From an uncultured Acidobacteriaceae bacterium (lineage in GTDB: Bacteria; Acidobacteriota; Terriglobia; Terriglobales; Acidobacteriaceae): DNA of 64,000 nt. Where the stretch lies: contig CAWITZ010000006.1 in the NCBI GenBank assembly GCA_963839215.1, positions 46,482-110,481 on the forward strand, written 5' to 3'. Within the stretch, counting starts at the first letter, position 1. Every line of letters begins with the position of its first letter. Of this stretch, positions 50,326-59,071 are shown one piece after another. A program made the position numbers and the translations under genes. The notes beneath the pieces are model-generated. The model had not been told where the DNA came from and ran no database searches. It worked only from the letters and a program-made list of their open reading frames with translations.

Positions 50326-50961
50326 ATGAATGAGCTAAACGACTGGTTGAAAAATGCAACGCGTTGCCTCTCGAAGGATTCGGCATCGAAGGTTCGGGCT
50401 GAGATCGAAGAGCACTACGAGCTGGCGAGGGAGACTGCGATCGAATGTGGGGCTAGTGCTGAGGAGGCAAGCTTGATCGCTTTGCGAGAGTTGGGAGACG
50501 CCAGCGAGGCGAACTGCGCGTATCGCAAAGTGATGCTTACCTCAACGGAAGCCAGGCTGCTGCGTGAGTCGAACCTTGAAGCGCGTGCGATCTGCGCGAG
50601 ACCGTGGCTGAAATGGACCGCTCTTTCGCTCCCCGGAGTGCTGCTGCTGGCATCGGTTGCCGCGCTGCTGCTGCATCAGCCAGGTGTTGCGACGGGATCG
50701 CTTTTGGCGGGACTGCTGATGGCGCTCACCTTTATCGTGCCGTTCATGCCGGTGTACACGCGCAAGCGTGGGCGCATTGTGCGAGGCCTGCGTTGGGCAC
50801 TGCTGGTGTTCGCTCTGGGGCTGCTCTTCGGCAAGGATGCGCGGCACTGGGCGTGGCTGCTCTCAACATGCTTCTGGCCGATGATCTGGAGCGAGTTGAA
50901 GCGCATCTCGATCCGGCGCAAGTTGCCGGTCGCGGAGTGGCCAAAGCAACTGTATCTCTAG
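50326..50961 (+). CDS. PadR-associated membrane protein (permease-prefix-domain-like N-terminus)
   Basis: KVRAEIEEHYELA...G.SAEEA..IALRELGDASE N-terminus followed by ~4 hydrophobic segments. Starts 2 nt after padR. Confidence 0.7.
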   Translation: MNELNDWLKNATRCLSKDSASKVRAEIEEHYELARETAIECGASAEEASLIALRELGDASEANCAYRKVMLTSTEARLLRESNLEARAICARPWLKWTALSLPGVLLLASVAALLLHQPGVATGSLLAGLLMALTFIVPFMPVYTRKRGRIVRGLRWALLVFALGLLFGKDARHWAWLLSTCFWPMIWSELKRISIRRKLPVAEWPKQLYL

Positions 50962-51005
50962 GAACCTTGTTTGCTATGCAATTCGCGCGATCTGGCCAGT
51001 AGCGC

Positions 51006-51680
51006 TTAACGGCTTGGCTTGTACTCCACGAAGAGATCGGGAAAATTCTTGCGCAGTGTCTCGATTTTGGGGCGGTCGCAGACGAGGATGTAGGGATTAT
51101 TGGGATTGTAGTAAGCGTAATCCTGGTGGTAGTCCTCGCCGCGGTAGAAGGCTTTGAGCGGCGTCACCTCGGTGACGATTGGTTTGGGAAATGCTCCGGC
51201 GGCCTGAAGTTGCGCGATGTAGGCGGTTGCGATGCGCTTCTGGTCGTCGCTGGTATAGAAGATTGCAGAGCGATAGGACGTGCCGACATCGGGACCCTGG
51301 CGGTTGAGTTGTGTAGGGTCATGCACCGAAAAGAAGATGCGCAGCAGCTCGCCATAGGTGATTTTCGAAGGGTCATAAACCACCTCAACTGATTCAGCGT
51401 GGCCCGTGGTTTCCGTGGTGACCTGGTCATAGGTTGCCGTGGCAGCAGAGCCGCCGGCATAGCCTGCCGTAGTCCTCACAACACCCTTGACGCGTTCAAA
51501 GACTGATTGCGTTCCCCAGAAGCATCCACCGGCAAAGACCGCAGTTTGTTTGCCGGGTTTCGGGGCGAGTGCGATATCGGATGCGGGCGCGGGAATAACG
51601 CCAGAGGGCGACGCGTAGAGCGCGAAGCCGGCAAGCACGATGAGGGCGACGAGGAAAAACGAGCAGATACGCCAAGCCAT
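51006..51680 (-). CDS. msrA: Peptide-methionine (S)-S-oxide reductase with export signal
   Basis: FAGGCFWG, GYAGG, TGHAESVEVVYDP, HDPTQLNRQGPDVGTSYRSAIF, EDYHQDY. Hydrophobic N-terminal signal. Confidence 0.95.
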   Translation of the reverse strand: MAWRICSFFLVALIVLAGFALYASPSGVIPAPASDIALAPKPGKQTAVFAGGCFWGTQSVFERVKGVVRTTAGYAGGSAATATYDQVTTETTGHAESVEVVYDPSKITYGELLRIFFSVHDPTQLNRQGPDVGTSYRSAIFYTSDDQKRIATAYIAQLQAAGAFPKPIVTEVTPLKAFYRGEDYHQDYAYYNPNNPYILVCDRPKIETLRKNFPDLFVEYKPSR

Positions 51681-51834
51681 GGGTTGGAACTCCTCCGGGG
51701 TCAGGCTGCAGCCGGCAGCCCTATACAAGGAACGCGGCAGCAGCCCGCCTGGATTCAGAATTCCGGATTTCGGCGGCGATCCGGTCAGGCTCGCGGGTCT
51801 GGCTCAAGCGAAGGTCAGGCTCAAGCGCGGGCGA

Positions 51835-52893
51835 TCAGGCCAGGGTTTGATCAGGCCAGGGTTTGAACCGAAGCCTCGGCTGGGGCATGATCTCCTCCGG
51901 CACCTCGAAGATACCGTTGCAGCGGGCGAACAACTGCAGGGCAGACCCTGTGGGAGTCACGCTGATTGTGCCTTCAGACGCGCCGCCATCCGTAATCTCA
52001 ATCAGCCCGAAAGAAGCGAGCTTCTCGAGATCGCGCTCGATCTGCGTTTCGCGTACCCCGGTGATGGTAACCATTTCGTCGATGCTGCAGGTGACGGAGC
52101 TGATCGCCGAGCCGGGGCCGGCGTGAAATCTTGCCGCTTTGCAGACGACCGTGAGGATGCGGAGGGGAATGTTTGTGAGCTCAGCAAAGAGGTCGACGTA
52201 TTCGCGATTTGACTCGTCTTTACCGTCGGCCGAGCACGAGGTAACGAGGAGGCCGGCCCAGAAATCGCGCAGCCATGACTCTTCAGCAGAGGCGCCGATC
52301 TCAAGGATGCGTCCAACCAGATACGCATTGCCGCGCAGTTCGCTGCCCTCAGGATGCGCGCTGAGAAAATCCTGCGCCTTGAGGGCGATATCCACCGCAT
52401 TGGCGAGACGTGGACTGCTGAGTCTTCCGCGTACGAGGTCGGCTATCGACGCTGATCCGGCGGGGCAGAGCTGGCCGAGAAACTTGAGGGCTTCGGCCAG
52501 GCGCACGAGGCCGGCCATGTCTTTGAGCTTTGCCTGCTCCACCAGGGTTTCGACGAGACCATCCCAGGTGCGTCCGTCATGATCGGAGGCGACGATGAAG
52601 GCCAGGCCTACGCCGTCCTCGCCGGTCCGCACAGCCCGCGCACGGGTCGTGATCCTGCGGCCTTTGTGGCGCTCGAGAACACCCTGCCGCTGCAATGTCA
52701 GCGACACAATGGTGCCGGGAGCCCAGCGCTCGTTGGTGATGATATAGACGCCGGTCGAGCTGACATCCTTGACTGCGTCTTCCTTGAGCGTGGAGTTGCT
52801 CCAATAGTAGGCAATGAAATCGTCCGGCTTACGGCGTTCCGCTCTGCCGGTCTGCTGCGGCCCTATTAACTTGTCAAGCCAGTTGAACTTCAT
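51835..52893 (-). CDS. PilZ-domain protein with C-terminal Abi-alpha/DUF4393-like helical-wHTH region
   Basis: RAERR (RxxxR) and DVSSTG (DxSxxG) PilZ motifs in aa ~15-100. C-terminal WLRDFWAGLLVTS...YVDLFAELT..PLRIL...LEKLASFGLI...VTPTG..LQLFARC. Confidence 0.65.
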   Translation of the reverse strand: MKFNWLDKLIGPQQTGRAERRKPDDFIAYYWSNSTLKEDAVKDVSSTGVYIITNERWAPGTIVSLTLQRQGVLERHKGRRITTRARAVRTGEDGVGLAFIVASDHDGRTWDGLVETLVEQAKLKDMAGLVRLAEALKFLGQLCPAGSASIADLVRGRLSSPRLANAVDIALKAQDFLSAHPEGSELRGNAYLVGRILEIGASAEESWLRDFWAGLLVTSCSADGKDESNREYVDLFAELTNIPLRILTVVCKAARFHAGPGSAISSVTCSIDEMVTITGVRETQIERDLEKLASFGLIEITDGGASEGTISVTPTGSALQLFARCNGIFEVPEEIMPQPRLRFKPWPDQTLA

Positions 52894-53018
52894 GCTCTCT
52901 CCGCTTTTATGGGTATCCCTTTATATAGGGCGGATTCGAACCAATTTTACCTAGTATTGGTGCACTTCTGAACATAGGTCGATCACCTTTGGTAACGAGT
53001 GCCGGTTTTGGCAGGCGG

Positions 53019-54110
53019 TCAGTCGACCTTTTTCGAGATATTGAGCAGGATTCCGATGGAGGCAAGGGTGAAGAAGAGGGAGGTGCCGCCCGAGGAGATG
53101 AACGGCAGCGGGATTCCCTTGGTAGGCAGGAGCGAGAGGACGACGCTGATATTGAAGAAGGCCTGCAGGAGGATGGCAGTCGTGATGCCAAAGGCGGTGA
53201 GGCGGGCGAATGGATCCTGTGATCGGTACGCAGTACGAAGCCCCCGGTAACCGAGGACGAGGAAGAGGCCGACGATGGCGATCGCCCCAATAAATCCGAG
53301 TTCCTCGGCGACGTTAGCGAAGATGAAGTCGGTGGAGGCTTCGGGCAGGTAAAAGAGCTTCTGCATGCCCTCCATGAATCCGCGGCCGGTGAGGCCACCC
53401 GTGCCGACGGCGATGAGCGACTGATTGATGTGAAAGCCGGCGCCCTGCGGGTCCGAGTCCGGATGCAGAAAGACGAGCATTCGCTGGCGACGCCATGAAA
53501 CCCAGAAGAGCAGGACGGCCAGAGGCGGCAGCGCGGCAGCGAACCCCATGGCCAGATACTTCCACTCCATACCGGCAAGGACAAGCATCATCGCCGTGAC
53601 GCCTGCGAGAACCAGCGCAGTGCCGAGATCGGGCTGCTTAACGATCAGCAGGATGAAGACCACGGGCATGATCGCGGCGCGCAACAGCGTGTGCTTCCAG
53701 TCGCTGATGGCGTCGAGACGATTGTGCAGGAACCATGCCAGGAAAAGGATAAGGACCGGTTTCGCGATTTCGGATGGCTGAAAGGAGAATCCGCCGATGA
53801 GGATCCAGCGATGGGCGTGCTGGGCGTTGCGGAAGAAAAAGACGAGGACGAGCAGGACAGTGGTGACAGCAACCGCGGGAAAGATGAAACGCGGGGAGTT
53901 ATAGCGGGTGTAGTCCACTCTCATGAGGAAGACCATGAGCAGGATGCCAGCAAGAGCCCAGGATGCCTGGCGGGAGAGCAATGCATAGGGGGTGTGGAAG
54001 TGCTCCTGCGCGATGATGGCGGATGCGGAGAAAACCATTGCCAGCCCGACGACGACAAGCAGCAGCGTGGTGAAGAAGATCCACTTGTCGACGCCTACGC
54101 GTTTTGCCAT
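53019..54110 (-). CDS. ftsW: SEDS peptidoglycan polymerase FtsW
   Basis: GLAMVFSAS, HRWILIGGFSFQPSEIAK, KQPDLGT, LPEASTDFIFANVAEELG, LPTKGIPLPFISSGGTS. Confidence 0.96.
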   Translation of the reverse strand: MAKRVGVDKWIFFTTLLLVVVGLAMVFSASAIIAQEHFHTPYALLSRQASWALAGILLMVFLMRVDYTRYNSPRFIFPAVAVTTVLLVLVFFFRNAQHAHRWILIGGFSFQPSEIAKPVLILFLAWFLHNRLDAISDWKHTLLRAAIMPVVFILLIVKQPDLGTALVLAGVTAMMLVLAGMEWKYLAMGFAAALPPLAVLLFWVSWRRQRMLVFLHPDSDPQGAGFHINQSLIAVGTGGLTGRGFMEGMQKLFYLPEASTDFIFANVAEELGFIGAIAIVGLFLVLGYRGLRTAYRSQDPFARLTAFGITTAILLQAFFNISVVLSLLPTKGIPLPFISSGGTSLFFTLASIGILLNISKKVD

Positions 54111-55477
54111 ACCTTCCACCCTCGCCATTCATTGACGAGTTCCTTGAAGACGCGTCCGCGATGCTCGTAGCTCTGGAACTGGTCGAAGCTCGAGCAGGCG
54201 GGCGCAAGCAGGACGACTTCTCCGGGGTGCGCTGCCGCAGCCGCGGCGCTGACGGCGCGATCAAGAGTTTCACAGGACTGGATGGAGACCACCCCGCGCA
54301 ACTGAGATTCGATTTTGGCCGCAGCCGATCCGATGGTGTAGACGGCACGCACACGTTCGCGAAGGAGCTGCGCAAGCTGCGTGTAGTCTGAGTTCTTATC
54401 TTTGCCGCCGAGAATGAGGTGAATGCCGTTTGAAAACGAAGCGACAGCCTTGGCGGTGGCATCGACGTTGGTGGCCTTCGAGTCGTTGTAGAATTCGATG
54501 CCGTTGACCGTGGCAACGTATTCAAGCCGGTGCTCCACGGCCTTGAATTTCTCGATAGCGCTGCGGACGGCCTCTGCCGGCGCACCTGCGAGGCGGCAGG
54601 CGCAGACCGCGGCCAGCACGTTTTCAACGTTGTGTTCGCCCTTGAGAGGAATGGCAGAGAGGGGAAGAATCTTCTCGACTGGCGCATCTTTTGACGGTCG
54701 GAATGCGACATAGCCGGACTCAACCCACGCGCCCTGCGGCACCGTGCGCTCCAGCGAAAACCAGTAGACGGGAGCCGTGGACCGCTTGGCCGCGGCGGCG
54801 GCGCGGATGTTCTCGGCATTCAGTACGACGAAGTCCTCAGGCGTCTGCGCGTTAAAGATGCGCTCCTTGGCGAGGGCGTAATTTTCAAAGGTGCCGTGAC
54901 GATCAAGATGATCGGGAGTGATATTGAGGATAACGGCGATCTTCGGGTGGAACTGTTCAGTGCTTTCAAGCTGAAAGCTCGATACCTCGAGCACCGACCA
55001 GGTCTCATCTGTGCTTTCGTCGATAAGCGAAACCACCGGCGTGCCAATGTTGCCTCCGACCAGAGTGGAAAAGCCTGCTTCCTTGAGAATTTCTCCCGCG
55101 AGCGAGGTGGTGGTGGTCTTTCCGTTGGAGCCGGTGATGGCCAGCGTGCTGCCTTTGAGGAAGCGCGCGGCCAGTTCAAGCTCGCCGATGACGGGCAGGC
55201 CGAAGCTTTTCACCTGCGCAATTTCAGGTGTATCGAGGGGAACGCCGGGGCTAACGACAATGAGGTCCTGCCGCCGGAAAGTGAGCAGGCCATGCCCACC
55301 GGCTTCGACCATGATTCCCTCGTCGAGAAGGGCGGGAATGTCTTTGGCGAGGGCTTCGGCGCTGCGTACGTCTGAGACTGTGACCTGCGCGCCGTGGCGA
55401 CGCAAAAACAAGGCGGCAGCCAGGCCGGATTTGCCGAGGCCGACGACGAGGACCTTTTTGCCTTTGAGTTCCATCAT
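54095..55477 (-). CDS. murD: UDP-N-acetylmuramoyl-L-alanine--D-glutamate ligase
   Basis: VVGLGKSG, VSPGVP, ITGSNGKTTTT, EVSSFQL, NITPDHLDRH, YNDSKATN, LAPACSSFDQF. Confidence 0.97.
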   Translation of the reverse strand: MMELKGKKVLVVGLGKSGLAAALFLRRHGAQVTVSDVRSAEALAKDIPALLDEGIMVEAGGHGLLTFRRQDLIVVSPGVPLDTPEIAQVKSFGLPVIGELELAARFLKGSTLAITGSNGKTTTTSLAGEILKEAGFSTLVGGNIGTPVVSLIDESTDETWSVLEVSSFQLESTEQFHPKIAVILNITPDHLDRHGTFENYALAKERIFNAQTPEDFVVLNAENIRAAAAAKRSTAPVYWFSLERTVPQGAWVESGYVAFRPSKDAPVEKILPLSAIPLKGEHNVENVLAAVCACRLAGAPAEAVRSAIEKFKAVEHRLEYVATVNGIEFYNDSKATNVDATAKAVASFSNGIHLILGGKDKNSDYTQLAQLLRERVRAVYTIGSAAAKIESQLRGVVSIQSCETLDRAVSAAAAAAHPGEVVLLAPACSSFDQFQSYEHRGRVFKELVNEWRGWKVWQNA

Positions 55478-55578
55478 GAGAGCTTTTCCGCGACTCCTTT
55501 ATTGTGCACTACGGCAGCCTGCGCGGACGCGGTGTGGAATCTTTTCCCAAGGCATGGGGGCGCTGAACCGTAAACGTA

Positions 55579-56715
55579 CTAGCGAAGCTTGAGCGTGGTG
55601 AGAGCGAAGAGTGCAAAAACAAGCGCGCCGATCCAGAAACGGGCGATGACCTTGGACTCGTTCCAGCCAACCTGCTCAAAATGATGATGCAGCGGCGCCA
55701 TCTTGAAGATGCGCTTTTTGTTCCGCAGCTTGTAGCTGCCAACCTGCAGCATGACCGAAAGCGCCTCAATGATGAAGATGCCGCCAATGAACGGGAGCAG
55801 CAGCTCCTGGCGGATGATGACGGCGACCGTTCCGATGGCGCCGCCGAGGCCGAGCGAACCGACATCGCCCATGAAGACTTCGGCGGGATGGGCGTTATAC
55901 CAGAGAAAGCCGATGGAGGCGCCAACCATGGCGCCGCAGAAGATGGTGAGCTCGCCGACGGTGGGCACACGCTGGATGTCGAGGTAGTCGGCCAGGACAA
56001 CGTTGCCGGTGACGTAGGTGAGCACGGTGAGCGCGCCGGCCGCAATGATCGTGCAGCCGATCGCAAGGCCATCGAGGCCATCGGTCAGGTTGACGGCGTT
56101 GCTCGAGCCCATGAGCACGAAGATGACGAAGGCGACGAAGGGCAGAAAGACAAGAAAGGCGAGATGCGGAATCGAGGCGAACCAGTGCCACTGCATATCC
56201 GGCCTGAGACTCTTGATGAACGGTACGGAAATCTGCGTCGAGAACATCTTGAACTGAGACAGCAGAGCCAGCGCCACCGCGACTGCGCCTGCGGCGAGCA
56301 CCTGCCAGAAGAGCTTGGCGCGCGCAGTGAGCCCCAGGTTGCGCTTCTTGATCACCTTGATGTAGTCGTCAGCAAAGCCGATGGCGGCGAAGGCGAGCGT
56401 CGAGAGCACGGTGATCCAGACAAAGGGGTTGGAAAGATCGGACCACAGCAGCGTGGGCAGAATGATGGCGATGACGATCAGCACGCCGCCCATGGTGGGC
56501 GTGCCGGATTTCTTCTGGTGCGACTTGGGGCCCTCTTCACGGATGTACTGGCCGATCTGAAACTCGCGCAGCTTCTGGATCACGTAGGGCCCGATGAGCA
56601 GAGCGATGAGCAGGGCGGTGAGGGAGGCGAAGGCGGTGCGAAACGTGAGATAGCGAAAGATGCGGAAAGGATGAAAGAACGGGAAAAGCTTTTCGTAGAG
56701 CAGCCAGTAAAGCAA
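55579..56715 (-). CDS. mraY: Phospho-N-acetylmuramoyl-pentapeptide transferase
   Basis: [49 protein letters not shown]. Confidence 0.97.
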   Translation of the reverse strand: MLYWLLYEKLFPFFHPFRIFRYLTFRTAFASLTALLIALLIGPYVIQKLREFQIGQYIREEGPKSHQKKSGTPTMGGVLIVIAIILPTLLWSDLSNPFVWITVLSTLAFAAIGFADDYIKVIKKRNLGLTARAKLFWQVLAAGAVAVALALLSQFKMFSTQISVPFIKSLRPDMQWHWFASIPHLAFLVFLPFVAFVIFVLMGSSNAVNLTDGLDGLAIGCTIIAAGALTVLTYVTGNVVLADYLDIQRVPTVGELTIFCGAMVGASIGFLWYNAHPAEVFMGDVGSLGLGGAIGTVAVIIRQELLLPFIGGIFIIEALSVMLQVGSYKLRNKKRIFKMAPLHHHFEQVGWNESKVIARFWIGALVFALFALTTLKLR

Positions 56716-56780
56716 GTGGCCTCCGAAGCCGGTGTGGAACGGGATTCAGCTTGATTTTACAGGCATCCCGGCCACACGGG

Positions 56781-57662
56781 TTATCGAAGCGGATTCCCTT
56801 GCGATTGCTTTTTCAATTCGGCCTCGAAGGCCTCTTCGCGGTCAGCAACATACGCCTTGTACCCGGCGGGATCGATGAAGGCGTCGTGGTCTCCGGCCTT
56901 CCAGCGCGCATATTTTTCCTTCATGCCAAAGTAGCTGCCGTGCGCGCCGAGAAAGATGTCGCATGGCAGACTGCCGAGCACCTGAAACTGGTGGCGGAAG
57001 TCGCTGGCGATCTGAGGATATTGCTTGTTGCCGACAAGCTTGTAGCCGGGATTAACGTTGGGGCTGCCGACGATGACGACGTGCAGAGTGCGGCCGTGAT
57101 CCGGCTCGCCAAGTGTCCAGGTGGTTGTCCCCTTGGTGTGGCCCGCGGTGAGATGCGCCGTAAGCGTGGTGCCGCCGAGGCTGACCGTATCGCCGTCGTG
57201 CAGGATACGGTCAACGTGCGAAGGAGGAAAGTGCATAGACGTATCGGCAGCGTAATTGAAATCAGTTTTGCCGCCGGACTGGACGACGGAAACATCCTGG
57301 GCCATGACGTAATATTTTGCCCCGGTCAAGCGCAGCATCTGAGCGCTGCCCGCGCAGTGATCGTAGTGCCCATGGCTGATAAGCAGAATTTTGATGTCGC
57401 TCACGTGGAAGCCGAGGGCTTCGACGCTCTTTCTGATCAGCGGCGGTGAGGACTCGAGGTTGCTGTTGATGAGAATGTCGCCCTTTGGGGTGACGATGAG
57501 GTAAGCCGCAAGGTCTTCACTGCCCACGTAATAAAGATTGCCCGCGATGCGGAAGGGCGGGAAGGCATTTGTCCATGCAGAGGGCGTTGCGGCGTGGCCG
57601 TTACGAGCCAAAGCGGAAAGAGCAACGAACAAAATGAGCGTGAACAGCGATTTCACTTTCAA
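56781..57662 (-). CDS. Subclass B3 metallo-beta-lactamase (FEZ/GOB/L1-like), secreted
   Basis: Signal peptide, PPFRIAGNLYYVG..DLAAYLI.TPKGDILI, SHGHYDH (H116/H118/D120/H121), AGHTKGTTTW (H196), FLGAH (H263). Start overlaps the murF stop. Confidence 0.9.
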   Translation of the reverse strand: MKVKSLFTLILFVALSALARNGHAATPSAWTNAFPPFRIAGNLYYVGSEDLAAYLIVTPKGDILINSNLESSPPLIRKSVEALGFHVSDIKILLISHGHYDHCAGSAQMLRLTGAKYYVMAQDVSVVQSGGKTDFNYAADTSMHFPPSHVDRILHDGDTVSLGGTTLTAHLTAGHTKGTTTWTLGEPDHGRTLHVVIVGSPNVNPGYKLVGNKQYPQIASDFRHQFQVLGSLPCDIFLGAHGSYFGMKEKYARWKAGDHDAFIDPAGYKAYVADREEAFEAELKKQSQGNPLR

Positions 57663-59071
57663 TGGGCACCGTTGGAGGAGGATTGGCCTGTGAGCGCTTC
57701 GATGGCGCGCTCAAGATGGACGCCGCGCGAGCCCTTGACGAGCACCAGGTCACCCGCAGCGAGATTCTGTTTGAGCCACTCCCCTGCAGCTTCAGCATCG
57801 GGCAGGAAGATGGAGGAGACTCCACCGGCGCAGGCCGCGGTGGCGATGTGGGTCGCGTTACCGCGCACACCAACTACGACGTCAATACCCGCCTCGGCAG
57901 CGGCCTTGCCACAATCTGCGTGCAGCGCAGGCGCATGCTCACCCAGCTCAAGCATTTCGCCTGCGACGAGAATGCGGCGTGTGGCCGTGCGCGCGGCGAG
58001 GGTGCGGATCATGGAGCGCAGCGCCTCGGGGTTCGAGTTATAGCTGTCGTTGAGCAGAGTGGCGCCGTTGAACTCGATAACTTCGCCGCGCTTGTCGCCA
58101 GCGGTGAGGGATTCAAGCGCGTTGACTGCGGCAGCAAGATCGACGCCTGCCTCAAGGGCAACGGCGAGGCCAGCCATGGCATTTGCGCCGTTGTGGCGGC
58201 CGAGGAGATGCAGGGTGAACGAGCCTTCCTGATCGCGGGCGCGAAAGTGAACATGCAACCCGGCCGCATCTTCGCTCTGCGCAATAATCTGCGGATCGGC
58301 GCACGGGCCCTCACCGAAGTAGACGACGCGGCCACAGAAATCGCGACCGAACTGCGAGACATAGGGGTCGCAGCAGTTGAGAAAAGCGATGCCCCCGGAC
58401 GGGAGAGCAGCAACGAGCTCAAATTTGGCGCGAGCGATACCGGCCTGGCCCTCGGCGAAGTTCTCGATGTGCGCCGTGCCCACGTTGGTGACAACGCCCC
58501 AGTCTGGCGCGGCGATGCGCGCAAGGGCTGCGATTTCGCCAAGGTGGTTCATGCCCATTTCGATGACCGCGAATTCATGCTCGGGCTCAAGACGCAGCAG
58601 TTGCAGTGGAAGGCCGAAGGCGTTATTCAGATTGCCCTTCGACTTGAGCACATTGAATTTTGCGCCGAGAGCCGCAGCAATCGCTTCCTTGGTTGTGGTT
58701 TTGCCTGCCGAACCCGTAACGGCAACGATACGCCTGCCCCACTGGCGGCGCAGATGCGCGGCAAGCGCCTGCATGGCTGCCAGGGGATCTTCTGTAATAA
58801 GGAGCGGGACAGCCAGGGCAGCATCGGGCAGAGTGGCAACCCTGGCCCGTGAAACGACGGCGGCAACGGCGCCACGCTCGACAGCCGAGGCAACGTAATC
58901 GTGGCCATCAAGCCGATCGCCGCGCACGGCAAAGAAAAGTTCGCCAGGAGCGACCGTACGCGAATCGATGGAGTAGCCGGTTGCAACCAGGGCACCCGGA
59001 CGCGCAATACTCTCCGGCGCTTCAAGCACTGCACCAGAACCGACGGCCGCCTCTGCCAACGTAAGCTTCAT
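57659..59071 (-). CDS. murF: UDP-N-acetylmuramoyl-tripeptide--D-Ala-D-Ala ligase
   Basis: SIDSR, GDRLDGHDY, VTGSAGKTTTKE, GNLNNAFGLP, EMGMNHLGEI, NDSYNSNP, GEMLELG, VKGSRG. Confidence 0.97.
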   Translation of the reverse strand: MKLTLAEAAVGSGAVLEAPESIARPGALVATGYSIDSRTVAPGELFFAVRGDRLDGHDYVASAVERGAVAAVVSRARVATLPDAALAVPLLITEDPLAAMQALAAHLRRQWGRRIVAVTGSAGKTTTKEAIAAALGAKFNVLKSKGNLNNAFGLPLQLLRLEPEHEFAVIEMGMNHLGEIAALARIAAPDWGVVTNVGTAHIENFAEGQAGIARAKFELVAALPSGGIAFLNCCDPYVSQFGRDFCGRVVYFGEGPCADPQIIAQSEDAAGLHVHFRARDQEGSFTLHLLGRHNGANAMAGLAVALEAGVDLAAAVNALESLTAGDKRGEVIEFNGATLLNDSYNSNPEALRSMIRTLAARTATRRILVAGEMLELGEHAPALHADCGKAAAEAGIDVVVGVRGNATHIATAACAGGVSSIFLPDAEAAGEWLKQNLAAGDLVLVKGSRGVHLERAIEALTGQSSSNGAH

